NCBI GenBank assembly: GCA_030390025.1
Contig: CM059431.1
Coordinates: forward strand, 139,750,001 to 139,814,000
Reading direction: 5' to 3'
DNA from: Squalus acanthias
Taxonomy: Eukaryota
Length of the DNA stretch: 64,000 nt
Numbering within the stretch: the first letter of the stretch is position 1; the number at the start of each line of letters is the position of its first letter. The notes beneath the pieces were generated by a model. It had not been told where the DNA came from. It ran no database searches and was given only the letters and a program-made list of their open reading frames with translations. A program made the position numbers and the translations under genes. Shown here in pieces: positions 10,639-24,133 of this stretch.

Positions 10639-10890
10639 CCTCACTCTGTCAGAGCTGGTACTGGTCCCACTCCTCCAGTATTAACAGTGAGTCTTATCAC
10701 ACAGCACTGATGAATCCCTCACTCTGTCAGTGCTGGTACTGGTCCCACTCCTCCAGTATTAACAGTGAGTCTTATCTCACAGCACTGGTGAATCGCTCAC
10801 TCTGTCAGTGCTGGTACTGGTCCCACTCCTGCAGTATGAACAGTGAGCCTTATCTCACAGCACTGGTGAATCCCTCACTCTGTCAGACTG
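10639..10890. repeat. Minisatellite, 78 bp unit, ~3.2 copies
   Basis: cctcactctgtcagtgctggtactggtcccactcctccagtattaacagtgagtcttatc... starting at 10639, 10717, 10795 and 10873. Confidence 0.95.
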
Positions 10891-13800
10891 AACCCCCCCT
10901 CTCTCAGACTGAACCGCCCCCTCTATCAGACTGAACCGCCCCTCTCTCAGACTGAACCGCCCCTCTCTCAGACTGAACACACCCTCTCTCAGACTGAACC
11001 GCCCCCTCTCTCAGACTGAACCCCCCCTCTCTAAGACTGAATCGTCCCCTCTCTCAGACTGAACTGCCCCCTCTCTCAGAGTGAACCGTCCCCTCTCTCA
11101 GATTGAACCATCCCCTCTCTCATACTGAACCCCCTCTCTCAGACTGAACCCCCCCCTCTCTCAGACTGAACCGTCCCCTCTCTCAGACTGAACCCCCCCT
11201 CTCAGACTGAACGGTCCCCTCTCTCAGACTGAACCGTCCCCTCTCTCAGACTGAACCGTCCCCTCAGACTGAACCGTCCCTCTCTCAGACTGAAACCCCC
11301 CCTCTCTCAGACTGAAACCCGCCTCTCTCTCAGACTGAACCCCCCCTCTTTCAGACTGAACCGTCCCCTCTCTCAGACTGAACCGTCCCCTCTCTCAGAC
11401 TGAACGGTCCCCTCTCTCAGACTGAACCGTCCCCTCTCTCAGACTGAACCGTCCCCTCAGACTGAACCGTCCCCTCTCTCAGACTGAAACCCCCCCTCTC
11501 TCAGACTGAAACCCCCCTCTCTCTCAGACTGAACCCCCCCTCTTTCAGACTGAACCTTCCCCTCTCTCAGACTGAACCGTCCCCTCTCTCAGACTGACCC
11601 CCCCCCCCTCTCAGACTGAACCTCCCCTCTCTCAGACTGAACCGTCCCCTCTCTCAGACTGAACCGCCCATCTCAGACTGAACCGTCCCCTCTCTCAGAC
11701 TGAACTGCCCCTCTCAGACTGAACCGTCCCCTCTCTCAGACTGAACCGCCCCCTCTCTCAGACTGAACCATCCCCTTGCTCAGTCTGAACCAGCCTCTCT
11801 CTCAGACTGAACCCCCCCTCTCTCAGACTGAACCACGCCTCTCTCAGACTGAACCCCCCCCTCTCTCAGACTGAACCACGCCTCTCTCAGACTGAACCGC
11901 CCCGTCTCTCTCAGACTGAACCGTCCCCTCTCTCAGGCTGAACGGTCCCCTCTCTCAGACTGAACCGCCCCCTCTCTCAGACTGAACCGTCCCCTCTCTC
12001 AGACTCAACCGTCCCCTCTCTCAGACTGAACCATCCCCTCTCTCAGACTGAACCATCCCCTCTCTCAGACTGAACCCTCACTATCTCAGTCTGAACCCCC
12101 CCCTCTAAGACTGAACCCCCCCTCTCTCAGAATGAACCCCCCCTCTCTCCGACTGAATCGACCTCTCAGACTGAACCGCCCCCTCTCTCAGACTGAACCG
12201 TTCCCTCTCTCACACTGAACCGTCCAGATTCTCAGACTGAACCCCGCCTCTCTCAGACTGAACCGTCCCCTCTCTCAGACTGAACCGTCCCCTCTCTCAG
12301 ACTGAAACCCCCCCTCTCTCAGACTGAAACCCCCTCTCTCAGCCTGAACCCCCCTCTCTCTCAGACTGAACCCCCCTCTTTCAGACTGAACCGACCCCTC
12401 TCTCAGACTGAACCATCCCCTCTCTCAGACTGAACACCCCCTCTCTCAGACTGAACCCCCCCTCTCTCAGACTGAACCGCCCATCTCAGACTGAATCGTC
12501 CCCTCTCTCAGACTAAACCGTCCCTTCTATCAGTCTGAACCGCCCCCTCTCTCAGTTTGAACCGTCCCCTCTCACAGACTGAACCGTCCCCTCGCTCAGT
12601 ATGAACCACCCTCTCTCTCAGACTGAACCTCCCCCTCTCTCAGACTGAACCGCCCCCTCTCTCAGACTGAACCGTCCCCTCTCTCAGGCTGAACCGTCCC
12701 CTCTCTCAGACTGAACCGTCCCCTCTCTCAGACTGAACCGTCCCCTCTCTCAGACTGAACCGTCCCCTCTCTCAGACTGAACCGTCCCCTCTCTCAGGCT
12801 GAACCCGCACTATCTCAGTCTGAACTCCCCCCTCTCAGACAAAACCCCACCTCTCTCAGAATGAACCCCCCCTCTCTCCGACTGAACCGACCTCTCAGAC
12901 TAAACCGCCCCCTCTCTCAGACTGAACCGTTCCCTCTCTCAGACTGAACCGTCCACTTTCTCAGACTGAATCCCGCCTCTCTCAGACTGAGCCCCCCCTC
13001 TCTCAGAATGAAACCCCCTCTCTCCGACTGAACCGACCTCTCAGACTAAACCGCCCCCTCTCTCAGACTGCACCCCCCCTCTTTCAGACTGAACCGTCCC
13101 CTCTCTCAGACTGAACCGCCCCTCTCAGACTGAACCGCCCCCTCTCTCAGACTGAACCGTCCCTTCTCTCAGTCTGAACCGCCCCCTCTCTCAGTCTGAA
13201 CCGTCCCCTCTCTCAGACTGAACCGTCCCCTCTCTCAGTCTGAACCATCCTCTGTCTCAGACTGAACTGCCCCCTCTCTCAGACTGAACCGTCCCCTCTC
13301 TCAGACTGAACCGCCCCTCTCAGACTGAACCGTCCCCTCTCTCAGACTGAACCGCCCCCTCTCTCAGACTGAACCATCCCTTCTATCAGTCTGAACCGCC
13401 CCCTCTCTCAGTCTGAACCGTCCCCTCTCTCAGACTGAACCGTCCCCTTGCTCAGACTGAACCACGCCTCTCTCAGACTGAACCCCCCCCTCTCTCAGAC
13501 TGAACCACGCCTCTCTCAGACTGAACCGCCCCTCTCTCTCAGACTGAACCGTCCCCTCTCTCAGGCTGAACGGTCCCCTCTCTCAGACTGAACCGCCCCC
13601 TCTCTCAGACTGAACCGTCCCCTCTCTCAGACTCAACCGTCCCCTCTCTCAGACTGAACCATCCCCTCTCTCAGACTGAACCATCCCCTCTCTCAGACTG
13701 CACCCTCACTATCTCAGTCTGAACCCCCCCCTCTAAGACTGAACCCCCCCTCTCTCAGAATGAACCCCCCCTCTCTCCGACTGAATCGACCTCTCAGATT

Positions 13801-16800
13801 GAACCGCCCCCTCTCTCAGACTGAACCGTTCCCTCTCTCACACTGAACCGTCCAGATTCTCAGACTGAACCCCGCCTCTCTCAGACTGAACCGTCCCCTC
13901 TCTCAGACTGAACCGTCCCCTCTCTCAGGCTGAAACCCCCCCTCTCTCAGACTGAAACCCCCTCTCTCAGCCCTGAACCCCCCTCTCTCTCAGACGGAAC
14001 CTCCCCTCTTTCAGACTGAACCGACCCCTCTCTCAGACTGAACCGTCCCCTCTCTCAGACTGAACCCCCACTCTCTCAGACTGAACCCCCCCTCTCTCAG
14101 ACTGAACCGCCCATCTCAGACTGAATCGTCCCCTCTCTCAGACTATACCGTCCCTTCTATCAGTCTGAACCGCCCCCTCTCTCAGTCTGAACCGTCCCCT
14201 CTCTCAGACTGAACCGTCCCCTCGCTCAGTCTGAACCACCCTCTCTCTCAGACTGAACCCACCCCTCTCTCAGACTGAACCGCCCCCTCTCTCAGACTGA
14301 ACTGTCCCCCTCTCTCAGGCTGAACCGTCCCCTCTCTCAGACTGAACCGTCCCCTCTCTCAGACTGAACCGTCCCCTCTCTCAGACTGAACCGTCCCCTC
14401 TCTCAGACTGAACCATCCCCTCTCTCAGGCTGAACCCTCACTATCTCAGTCTGAACTCCCCTATCTCAGACTGAACCCCACCTCTCTCAGAATGAACCCC
14501 CCCTCTCTCCGACTGAACCGACCTCTCAGACTAAACCGCCCCCTCTCTCAGACTGAACCGTTCCCTCTCTCAGACTGAACCGTCCACTTTCTCAGACTGA
14601 ACCCCGCCTCTCTCAGACTGAGCCCCCCCTCTCTCAGAATGAAACCCCCTCTCTCCGACTGAACCGACCTCTCAGACTAAACCGCCCCCTCTCTCAGACT
14701 GAACCGTCCCCTCTCTCAGATTGAACCGTCCCCTCTCTCAGACTGAACGGTCCCCTCTCTCAGACTGAACCGTCCCCTCTCTCAGACTGAACCGTCCCCT
14801 CAGACTGAACCGTCCCCTCTCTCAGACTGAAACCCCCCCTCTCTCAGACTGAACCCCCCTCTCTCAGACTGAACCCCCCTCTCTCTGAGACTGCACCCCC
14901 CCTCTTTCAGACTGAACCGTCCCCTCTCTCAGACTGAACCGCCCCTCTCAGACTGAACCGTCCCCTCTCTCAGACTGAACCGCCCCTCTCAGACTGAACC
15001 GTCCCCTCTCTCAGACTGAACCGCCCCCTCTCTCAGACTGAACCGTCCCTTCTCTCAGTCTGAACCGCCCCCTCTCTCAGTCTGAACCGTCCCCTCTCTC
15101 AGACTGAACCGTCCCCTCTCTCAGTCTGAACCATCCTCTGTCTCAGACTGAACTGCCCCCTCTCTCAGACTGAACCGTCCCCTCTCTCAGACTGAACCGT
15201 CCCCTCTCTCAGACTGAACCACCCCTCTCTCAGACTGAACTGCCCCCTCTCTCAGTCTGAAGCCCACCTCTCTCAGTCTGAACCCCCTCTCTCTCAGACT
15301 GAACCGTCCCCTCTCTCAGTCTGAACCACCCTCTCTCTCAGACTGAACTGCCCCCTCTCTCAGACTGAACCGTCCCCTCTCTCAGACTGAACCACCCCTC
15401 TCTCAGACTGAACCGTCCCCTCTCTCTGACTGAACCACCCCTCTCTCAGACTGAACCGCCAAATCTCTCCGACTGAACCGCCCCCTCTCTCAGACTGAAC
15501 CACCCTCTCTCTCAGACTGAACTGCCCCCTCTCTCAGACTGAACCATCCCTCTCTCAGACTGAACCCCCCTCGCTCAGACTGAACCGCCCCCTCTCTCAG
15601 ACTGAACCGTCCCTCTCTCAGACTGAACCGTCCCCTCTCTCAGACTGAACCCCCCTCTCTCAGTCTGAACCGTCCCCTCTCTCAGACTGAACCGCCCCCT
15701 CTCTCAGACTGAACCGTCCCTCTCTCAGACTGAACCGTCCCCTCTCTCAGACTGAACTCCCCCCTCTCTCAGACTGAACCGTCCCTCTCTCAGGCTGAAA
15801 TGTCCCCCTCTCAGACTGAACCGCCCCCTCTCTCAGACTTATCCCCCACTCTCTCAGGCTGAACCTCCCCTCTCTCAGACTGAACCACCCCCTCTCTCAG
15901 ACTGAACCGCCCCCTCTCTCAGACTGAACCGTCCCCTCTCTCAGACTGAACCGTCCACTCTCTCAGACTGAACCGCCCCTCTCAGTCTGTACCGCCCCCT
16001 CTCTCAGACTGAACTGCCCCCTCTCTCAGACTGAACCGCCCCCTCTCTCAGACTGAACCACCCTCTGTCTCGGACTGAACCGTACCTCTCTCAGACTGAA
16101 CCCCCACTCTCTCAGGCTGAACCTCCCCTCTCTCAGACTGAACCCCCACTCTCTCAGGCTGAACCTCCCCTCTCTCAGACTGAACCGCCCCCTTTCTCAG
16201 ACTGAACCGCCCCCTCTCTCAGACTGAACCACCCCCTCTCTCAGACTGATCCGCCCCCTCTCTCAGACTGAACCGTCCCCTCTCTCAGACAGAACCACCC
16301 CCTCTCTCAGACTGAACCGCCCCCTCTCTCAGACTGAACCACCCTCTGTCTCGGACTGAACCGTACCTCTCTCAGATTGAACCCCCACTCTCTCAGACTG
16401 AACCGCCCCCTCTCTCAGACTGAACCGCATCCTCTCTCAGACTGAACTGCCCCCTCTCTCAGACTGAACCGCCCCTCTCTCAGACTGAACCACCCCCTCT
16501 CTCAGACTGAACCGTCCCCTCTCTCAGTCTGAACCACCCTCTGTCTCGGACTGAACCGTCCCCTCTCTCAGACTGAACCGTCCCCTCTCTCAGACTGAAC
16601 CCCTCCTCTCTCAGACTGAACCGTTCCCTCTCTCAGACTGAACCACCCTCTGTCTCGGACTGAACCGCCCCTCTCTCAGACAGAACCACCCTCTGTCTCG
16701 GACTGAACCACACCCTCTCTCAGACTGAACCGTCCCCTCTCTCAGTCTGAACCACCCTCTGTCTCGGACTGAACCGTCCCCTCTCTCAGACTGAACCGTC

Positions 16801-19800
16801 CCCTCTCTCAGACTGAACACACCCTCTCTCAGACTGAACCGCCCCTCTCTCAGACTGAACCACCCTCTGTCTCGGACTGAACCGTCCCCTCTCTCAGACT
16901 GAACCGTTCCCTCTCTCAGTCTGAACCCCCCTCTCTCAGACTGAACCACCCCTCTCTCAGACTGAACCACCCCCTCTCTCAGACTGAACCGTCCCCTCTC
17001 TCAGACTGAACCGTCCCCTCTCTCAGACTGAACCGTCCCCTCTCTCAGACTGAACCACCCTCTGTCTCGGACTGAACCACCCCCTCTCTCAGACTGAACC
17101 GTCCCCTCTCTCAGACTGAACCACCCTTCTCTCAGACTGAACCGTCCCCTCTCTCAGACTGAACATTCCCCTCTCTCAGACTGAACTGTCCCCTCTCTCA
17201 GACTGAACCGTCCCCTCTCTCAGACTGACCCGTCCCCTCTCTCAGACTGAACCGTCCCCTCTCTCAGACTGAACCATCCCCTCTCTCAGACTGAACCACC
17301 CTCTGTCTCGGACATAACCAGCCCCTCTCTCAGACTGAACCACCCCCTCTCTCAGAGTGAACCGTCCCCTCTCTCAGACTGAACCACCCTCTGTCTCGGA
17401 CTGAACCACCCCTGTCTCAGACTGAACCGTCCCCTCTCTCAGACTGAACTGTCCCCTCTCTCAGACTGAACCGTCCCCTCTCTCAGACTGAACCGTCCCC
17501 TCTCTCAGACTGAACCCCCCCTCTCTCAGACTGAACCGTCCCATCTCTCAGTCTGAACCGTCCCCTCTCTCAGACTGAACCCCCCTCTCTCAGTCTGAAC
17601 TGTCCCCTCTCTCAGACTGAACCACCCTCTCTCAGACTGAACCACCCTCTGTCTCAGACTGAACCACCCTCTCTCAGACTGAACCACCCGCTCTCAGACT
17701 GAACTACCCGCTCTCTCAGACTGAACCGTCCCCTCTCTCAGACTGAACCACCCTCTCTCAGACTGAACCACCCCCTCTCTCAGACTGAACCACCCTCTGT
17801 CTCAGACTGAACCGTCCCCTCTCTCAGACTTAACCGTCCCCTCTCTCAGACTGAACCGTCCCCTCTCTCAGACTGAAACGTCCCCACTCTCAGACTGAAC
17901 CGTCCCCTCTCTCAGACTGAACCCCCCCTCTCTCAGACTGAACCGTCCCCTCTCTCAGTCTGAACCGTCCCCTCTCTCAGACTGAACCGTCCCCTCTCTC
18001 AGACAGAACCACCCCCTCTCTCAGACTGAACCGCCCCCTCTCTCAGACTGAACCACCCTCTGTCTCGGACTGAACCGTACCTCTCTCAGACTGAACCCCC
18101 ACTCTCTCAGGCTGAACCTCCCCTCTCTCAGACTGAACCCCCACTCTCTCAGGCTGAACCACCCATCTCTCAGGCTGAACCACCCCCTCTCTCAGACTGA
18201 ACCACCCCCTCTCTCAGACTGAACCGCCCCCTCTCTCAGACTGAACCGTCCCCTCTCTCAGTCTGTACCGCCTCCTCTCTCAGACTGAACCGCCCACTCT
18301 CTCAGACTGAACCGCCCCCTCTCTCAGACTGAACCGCCCCCTCTCTCAGACTGAACCGCCCCTCTCTCAGACTGAACCACCCCCTCTCTCAGACTGAACC
18401 GTCCCCTCTCTCAGTCTGAACCACCCTCTGTCTCGGACTGAACCGTCCCCTCTCTCAGACTGAACCGTCCCCTCTCTCAGACTGAACCACCCCTCTCTCA
18501 GACTGAACCGTCCCCTCTCTCAGACTGAACATTCCCCTCTCTCAGACTGAACCGTCCCCTCTCTCAGACTGAACCGTCCCCTCTCTCAGACTGAACCGCC
18601 CCTCTCTCAGACTGAACCGTCCCCTCTCTCAGACTGAACCCCCCCTCTCTCAGACTGAACCGTCCCATCTCTCAGTCTGAACCGTCCCCTCTCTCAGACT
18701 GAACCCCCCTCTCTCAGTCTGAACTGTCCCCTCTCTCAGACTGAACCACCCTCTCTCAGACTGAACCACCCTCTGTCTCAGACTGAACCACCCTCTCTCA
18801 GACTGAACCACCCTCTCTCAGACTGAACTACCCTCTCTCTCAGACTGAACCGTCCCCCTCTCAGACTGAACCACCCTCTCTCAGACTGAACCACCCCCTC
18901 TCTCAGACTGAACCACCCCCTCTCTCAGACTGAACCACCCTCTGTCTCAGACTGAACCACCCTCTCTCAGACTGAACCACCCCTCTCTCAGACTGAACCA
19001 CCCCCTCTCTCAGACTGAACCACCCCTCTCTCAGACTGAACCACCCTCTGTCTCAGACTGAACCACCCCTCTCTCAGTCTGAACCACCCCCTCTGTCTCA
19101 GTCTGAACCGTCCCCTCTCTCAGACTTAACCGTCCCCTCTCTCAGACTGAACCGTCCCCTCTCTCAGACTGAACCGTCCCCACTCTCAGACTGAACCGTC
19201 CCCTCTCTCAGACTGAACCCCCCCTCTCTCAGACTGAACCGTCCCCTCTCTCAGTCTGAACCGTCCCCTCTCTCAGACTGAACCGTCCCCTCTCTCAGAC
19301 AGAACCACCCCCTCTCTCAGACTGAACCGCCCCCTCTCTCAGACTGAACCACCCTCTGTCTCGGACTGAACCGTACCTCTCTCAGACTGAACCCCCACTC
19401 TCTCAGGCTGAACCTCCCCTCTCTCAGACTGAACCCCCACTCTCTCAGGCTGAACCACCCCTCTCTCAGACTGAACCACCCCCTCTCTCAGACTGAACCG
19501 CCCCCTCTCTCAGACTGAACCACCCCCTCTCTCAGACTGAACCGCCCCCTCTCTCAGACTGAACCGTCCCCTCTCTCAGTCTGTACCGCCTCCTCTCTCA
19601 GACTGAACCGCCCCCTCTCTCAGACTGAACCGCCCCCTCTCTCAGACTGAACCGCCCCCTCTCTCAGACTGAACCGCCCCTCTCTCAGACTGAACCACCC
19701 CCTCTCTCAGACTGAACCGTCCCCTCTCTCAGTCTGAACCACCCTCTGTCTCGGACTGAACCGTCCCCTCTCTCAGACTGAACCGTCCCCTCTCTCAGAC

Positions 19801-22190
19801 TGAACCACCCCTCTCTCAGACTGAACCGTCCCCTCTCTCAGACTGAACATTCCCCTCTCTCAGACTGAACCGTCCCCTCTCTCAGACTGAACCACCCTCT
19901 GTCTCGGTCTGAACCGCCCCTCTCTCAGACTGAACCACCCTCTGTCTCGGACTGAACCACACCCTCTCTCAGACTGAACCGTCCCCTCTCTCAGACTGAA
20001 CCGTCCCCTCTCTCAGACTGAACCCCCCCTCTCTCAGACTGAACCGCCCCTCTCTCAGACTGAACCACCCTCTGTCTCGGACTGAACCGTCCCCTCTCTC
20101 AGACTGAACCGTTCCCTCTCTCAGTCTGAACCCCCCTCTCTCAGACTGAACCACCCCTCTCTCAGACTGAACCACCCCCTCTCTCAGACTGAACCGTCCC
20201 CTCTCTCAGACTGAACCGTCCCCTCTCTCAGACTGAACCGTCCCCTCTCTCAGACTGAACCACCCTCTGTCTCGGACTGAACCACCCCCTCTCTCAGACT
20301 GAACCGTCCCCTCTCTCAGACTGAACCACCCCTCTCTCAGACTGAACCGTCCTCTCTCTCAGACTGAACCGTCCCCTCTCTCAGACTGAACCGTCCCCTC
20401 TCTCAGACTGAACCGTCCCCTCTCTCAGACTGAACCGTCCCCTCTCTCAGACTGAAACGTCCCCTCTCTCAGACTGAACCACCCTCTGTCTCGGACTTAA
20501 CCACCCCCTCTCTCAGACTGAACCACCCCCTCTCTCAGACTGAACTGTCCCCTCTCTCAGACTGAACCACCCTCTGTCTCGGACTGAACCACCCCTCTCT
20601 CAGACTGAACCACCCTCTGTCTCGGACTGAACCGTCCCCTCTCTCAGACTGAACCGCCCCTCTCTCAGACTGAACCGTCCCCTCTCTCAGACTGAACCGT
20701 CCCCTCTCTCAGACTGAACCGTCCCCTCTCTCAGACTGAACCGTCCCCTCTCTCAGACTGAACCGTCCCCTCTCTCAGACTGAACCGTCCCCTCTCTCAG
20801 ACTGAACCCCCCCTCTCTCAGACTGAACCGTCCCCTCTCTCAGACTGAACCGTCCCCTCTCTCAGACTGAACCCCCCTCTCTCAGTCTGAACTGTCCCCT
20901 CTCTCAGACTGAACCACCCTCTCTCAGACTGAACCACCCTCTGTCTCAGACTGAACCGTCCCCTCTCTCAGACTGAACCACCCTCTCTCAGACTGAACTA
21001 CCGTCTCTCTCAGACTGAACCGTCCCCTCTCTCAGACTGAACCACCCTCTCTCAGACTGAACCACCCCCTCTCTCAGACTGAACCACCCCCTCTCTCAGA
21101 CTGAACCACCCTCTGTCTCAGACTGAACCACCCTCTCTCAGACTGAACCACCCCTCTCTCAGACTGAACCACCCCCTCTCTCAGACTGAACCACCCCTCT
21201 CTCAGACTGAACCACCCTCTGTCTCAGACTGAACCACCCCTCTCTCAGTCTGAACCACCCCCTCTGTCTCAGTCTGAACCGTCCCCTCTCTCAGACTTAA
21301 CCGTCCCCTCTCTCAGACTGAACCGTCCCCTCTCTCAGACTGAACCGTCCCCTCTCTCAGACTGAACCGTCCCCTCTCTCAGACTGAACCCCCCCTCTCT
21401 CAGACTGAACCGTCCCCTCTCTCAGTCTGAACCGTCCCCTCTCTCAGACTGAACCCCCCTCTCTCAGTCTGAACTGTCCCCTCTCTCAGACTGAACCACC
21501 CTCTCTCAGACTGAACCACCCTCTGTCTCAGACTGAACCACCCTCTGTCTCAGACTGAACCACCCTCTCTCAGACTGAACCACCCCTCTCTCAGTCTGAC
21601 CCACCCCCTCTCTCAGACTGAACCACCCCTCTCTCAGACTGAACCACCCTCTGTCTCAGACTGAACCACCCCTCTCTCAGTCTGAACCACCCCCTCTGTC
21701 TCAGTCTGAACCGTCCCCTCTCTCAGACTGAACCGTCCCCTCTCTCAGTCTGAACCACCCCTCTCTCAGACTGAACCCCCCTCTCTCAGACTGAACCACC
21801 CACTCTCTCAGACTGAACCACCCCCTCTCTCAGTCTGAACCACCCCCTCTGTCTCAGTCTGAACCACCCCTCTCTCAGACTGAACCGTCCCCTCTCTCAG
21901 ACTGAACCGTCCCCTCTCTCAGACTGAACCGTCCCCTCTCTCAGACTGAACCGCCCTCTGTCTCAGTCTGAACCGTCCCCTCTCTCAGACTGAACCGTCC
22001 CCTCTCTCAGTCTGAACCCCCCTCTCTCAGACTGAACCACCCTCTCTCAGACTGAACCGTCCCCTCTCTCAGTCTGAACCACCCCTCTCTCAGACTGAAC
22101 CCCCCTCTCTCAGACTGAACCACCCTCTCTCAGTCTGAACCGTCCCCCCTCTCTCAGACTGAACCCCCCTCTGTCTCGGTCTAATCCGCT
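10880..22190. repeat. Large satellite, ~22 bp unit (cagactgaaccgtcccctctct), ~11.3 kb, ~500 copies
   Basis: Continuous array with an almost invariant tcagactgaacc core and a variable C/CT tract. Confidence 0.99.
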
Positions 22191-22214
22191 CCCTTTCGCC
22201 TCACTGTCTCAGAA

Positions 22215-22625
22215 CAAAAATAGAAATTTCGGTAGCTCCTTTAATGAATTAAAATGTCTCGAGCGTAATCTGAAAAATCATTGACTCCAAGTCACGTCAG
22301 GAGATATTCGGACAGGTGACCAAATGCTTGTTGACAGAGGGAGGTTTTAAAGACAGTCTTAAAGGAGGAGAGAGAGGCGGAGAGGGAATTCCAGAGCTTA
22401 GGGCCCAGGCAGCTGAAGGCCAATGGAGTTATGAATGAAATCGGGGATGTACAAGAGACCAGAATTGGAGGAGCGCAGAGATCCCGGATGGTTGCAGGGC
22501 TGGAGGAGGTTACCGAGATAGGGAGAAGTGAGGCCATGGATGAGAACTTTAAAATCGAGGCGTTGCTGGACCGGGAGCCAATGTAGGTCAGTGAGCACAG
22601 GGGTGATGGGTGAACAGGGAGCGGC
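22215..22625 (-). mobile_element. L2-clade LINE 3' fragment
   Basis: PITPVLTDLHWLPVQQRLDFK, LRSSNSGLL, AFSCLGPKLWNSL...FKTVFKTSL. Confidence 0.88.
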
Positions 22626-23092
22626 ACTGAATACCATCCAGTCACAGGAGAGAAGTGACCATGGAGACATCATTTCCTCCCCATTCAAGGACACCTTCAT
22701 TCAGCAGTTAAATGGTTAATGTGTTGGCCCTTCGAGGTGGCTCGCCCTCCCCGCACTGAAACACCAGACACTGGCTCTGAGCTGTTGGTCTGAAAGATCA
22801 AACATCAGGGAATCCGTGGAACGGTTCATAAATGCCCAGATAGAGGCGTCACAATTCATTCCTAGAGATGGGTCTCTTTTATTGGGTTAATACTTCATAA
22901 AGAATTGTTTCTAACTCACTTTGTTCATAGTTAAATGAGTTATCAAATCGGTTCGATGAGTATTTTGAAACAGCAGCTTCCAGTCAGAGGGCGGAGATTG
23001 GCTCAAATCTCAAATAACAAGGATCAGCTCCAATTACCAAACTGTGATTGACAGGAAGAAAACCAGGAGCAGCCTCCTGATTGGTGGCAACC

Positions 23093-23845
23093 GGGCCAGA
23101 AATTCGGGTCTCCACGGGTGCGTACGCGCTGTGTACTCGCCCGTAGGCCCAACGAAAGTGCCGGTTTCGCGCATGCGCTGGAAACTGGAACTTCCGTTCC
23201 CTTGAAGGAAGGGTTCACAGGTCAAACGCGGGCGCCGGAGAGGCAGCGCGTAGACCTGGAACTTCCGATTTTTTTACAGGTTTCTCCGTGCGGGTCAATC
23301 CCGAGCAGTTGCGCGGGGAAAAAGCAGGCGCAAGGCCTGCCTTTAACAAGGTAAGAGGTGAATTAAGTAAAATTAAAACATTTTTTCCACAGGTTTATTA
23401 CTTTTAAATACTTTAAAGCAAGGTAAGTTTATTTTTAGCCCCATTAAAAACGGTAATTAATTTTTTCAAAAATTAAAATTATTGTTTTAAAATAGTTATT
23501 TTATGTCATTTAAAGTTATTTTAAAAATGTGATGTTTTTTAAAAAATTTATTTAAGTTTAAGTGCGGTTTTGGGGCCGATCCCTATTCATAGATTTGACA
23601 GGTCTTCCTGTCAAATATTTGAATGGAGATTCCCTGCTCCGATTGGCTCTCCATGGCCCACGAGATCCCAGGGGACGCTTTGAACTAACTGCGGCTCTGG
23701 GATACGTGAGCACTGCGCGCCGGCAGCTGGAGGAGGCCCAGGATTGGAATCCCACGTGGGCCCACAGCACAACGGCAGGCGTGCTAGGTAAGTGCACCCG
23801 CTATGCTTGCACCCGCGGGAAGCCTCCGACCCGAATTTCTGGGCC
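23093..23845. mobile_element. Non-autonomous PIF/Harbinger element (MITE 1)
   Basis: TIRs gggccagaaattcgggtc (23093) / gacccgaatttctgggcc (ends 23845); GC-rich arms around an AT-rich centre; arms homologous to both ends of the adjacent coding element; no matching TSD. Confidence 0.8.
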
Positions 23846-24033
23846 AATGAGTTTGCAAAGTCAGAACTGGCAGGCTGCACACGGAAAGGGAGAATCTGCG
23901 GTTCCAGGTAAATTCTGGTCGGAGGCTTCCCGCGGACACAAGCCCCCGACCTGCACTTTAGAAGCGCGCCGACCTTTGTGCTCTGGGCACGCGTGGAATT
24001 CGGTTTTAATGAAGAGGACTCCCGGGCAGCATC

Positions 24034-24133
24034 TGACGTCACACCGCACAGGAGCGCAGTGTGCGCGGATCCTCCGGTGCGGAGGTTAGGGGAGACCCGC
24101 CCTCAGAAGTCGCATTTGCATAGGCCACGCCCC
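24034..24133 (+). promoter_or_regulatory. Putative promoter of the Harbinger Myb/SANT gene
   Basis: CRE TGACGTCA 24034-24041, octamer ATTTGCAT 24114-24121 and KLF/Sp box ggccacgcccc 24123-24133, all upstream of ATG 24179. Confidence 0.5.

Noticed and set aside
10590..10934. 114-aa ORF with 26-aa repeats downstream of the CpG island
   Set aside because: Non-ATG start, produced by the 78-bp unit and running into the satellite
10880..22190. CRISPR-like repeat/spacer look of the 22-bp array and its ORFs (16611-16970, 19969-20175)
   Set aside because: The variable parts are short mutational variants of one C/CT tract, not unique spacers; no cas genes; eukaryotic context; the ORFs are repeat translations
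23562..24089. Long ORFs in the MITE/TIR regions (also 30168-31944)
   Set aside because: GC-rich terminal sequence with few stops; frames are not kept between MITE 1 and MITE 3
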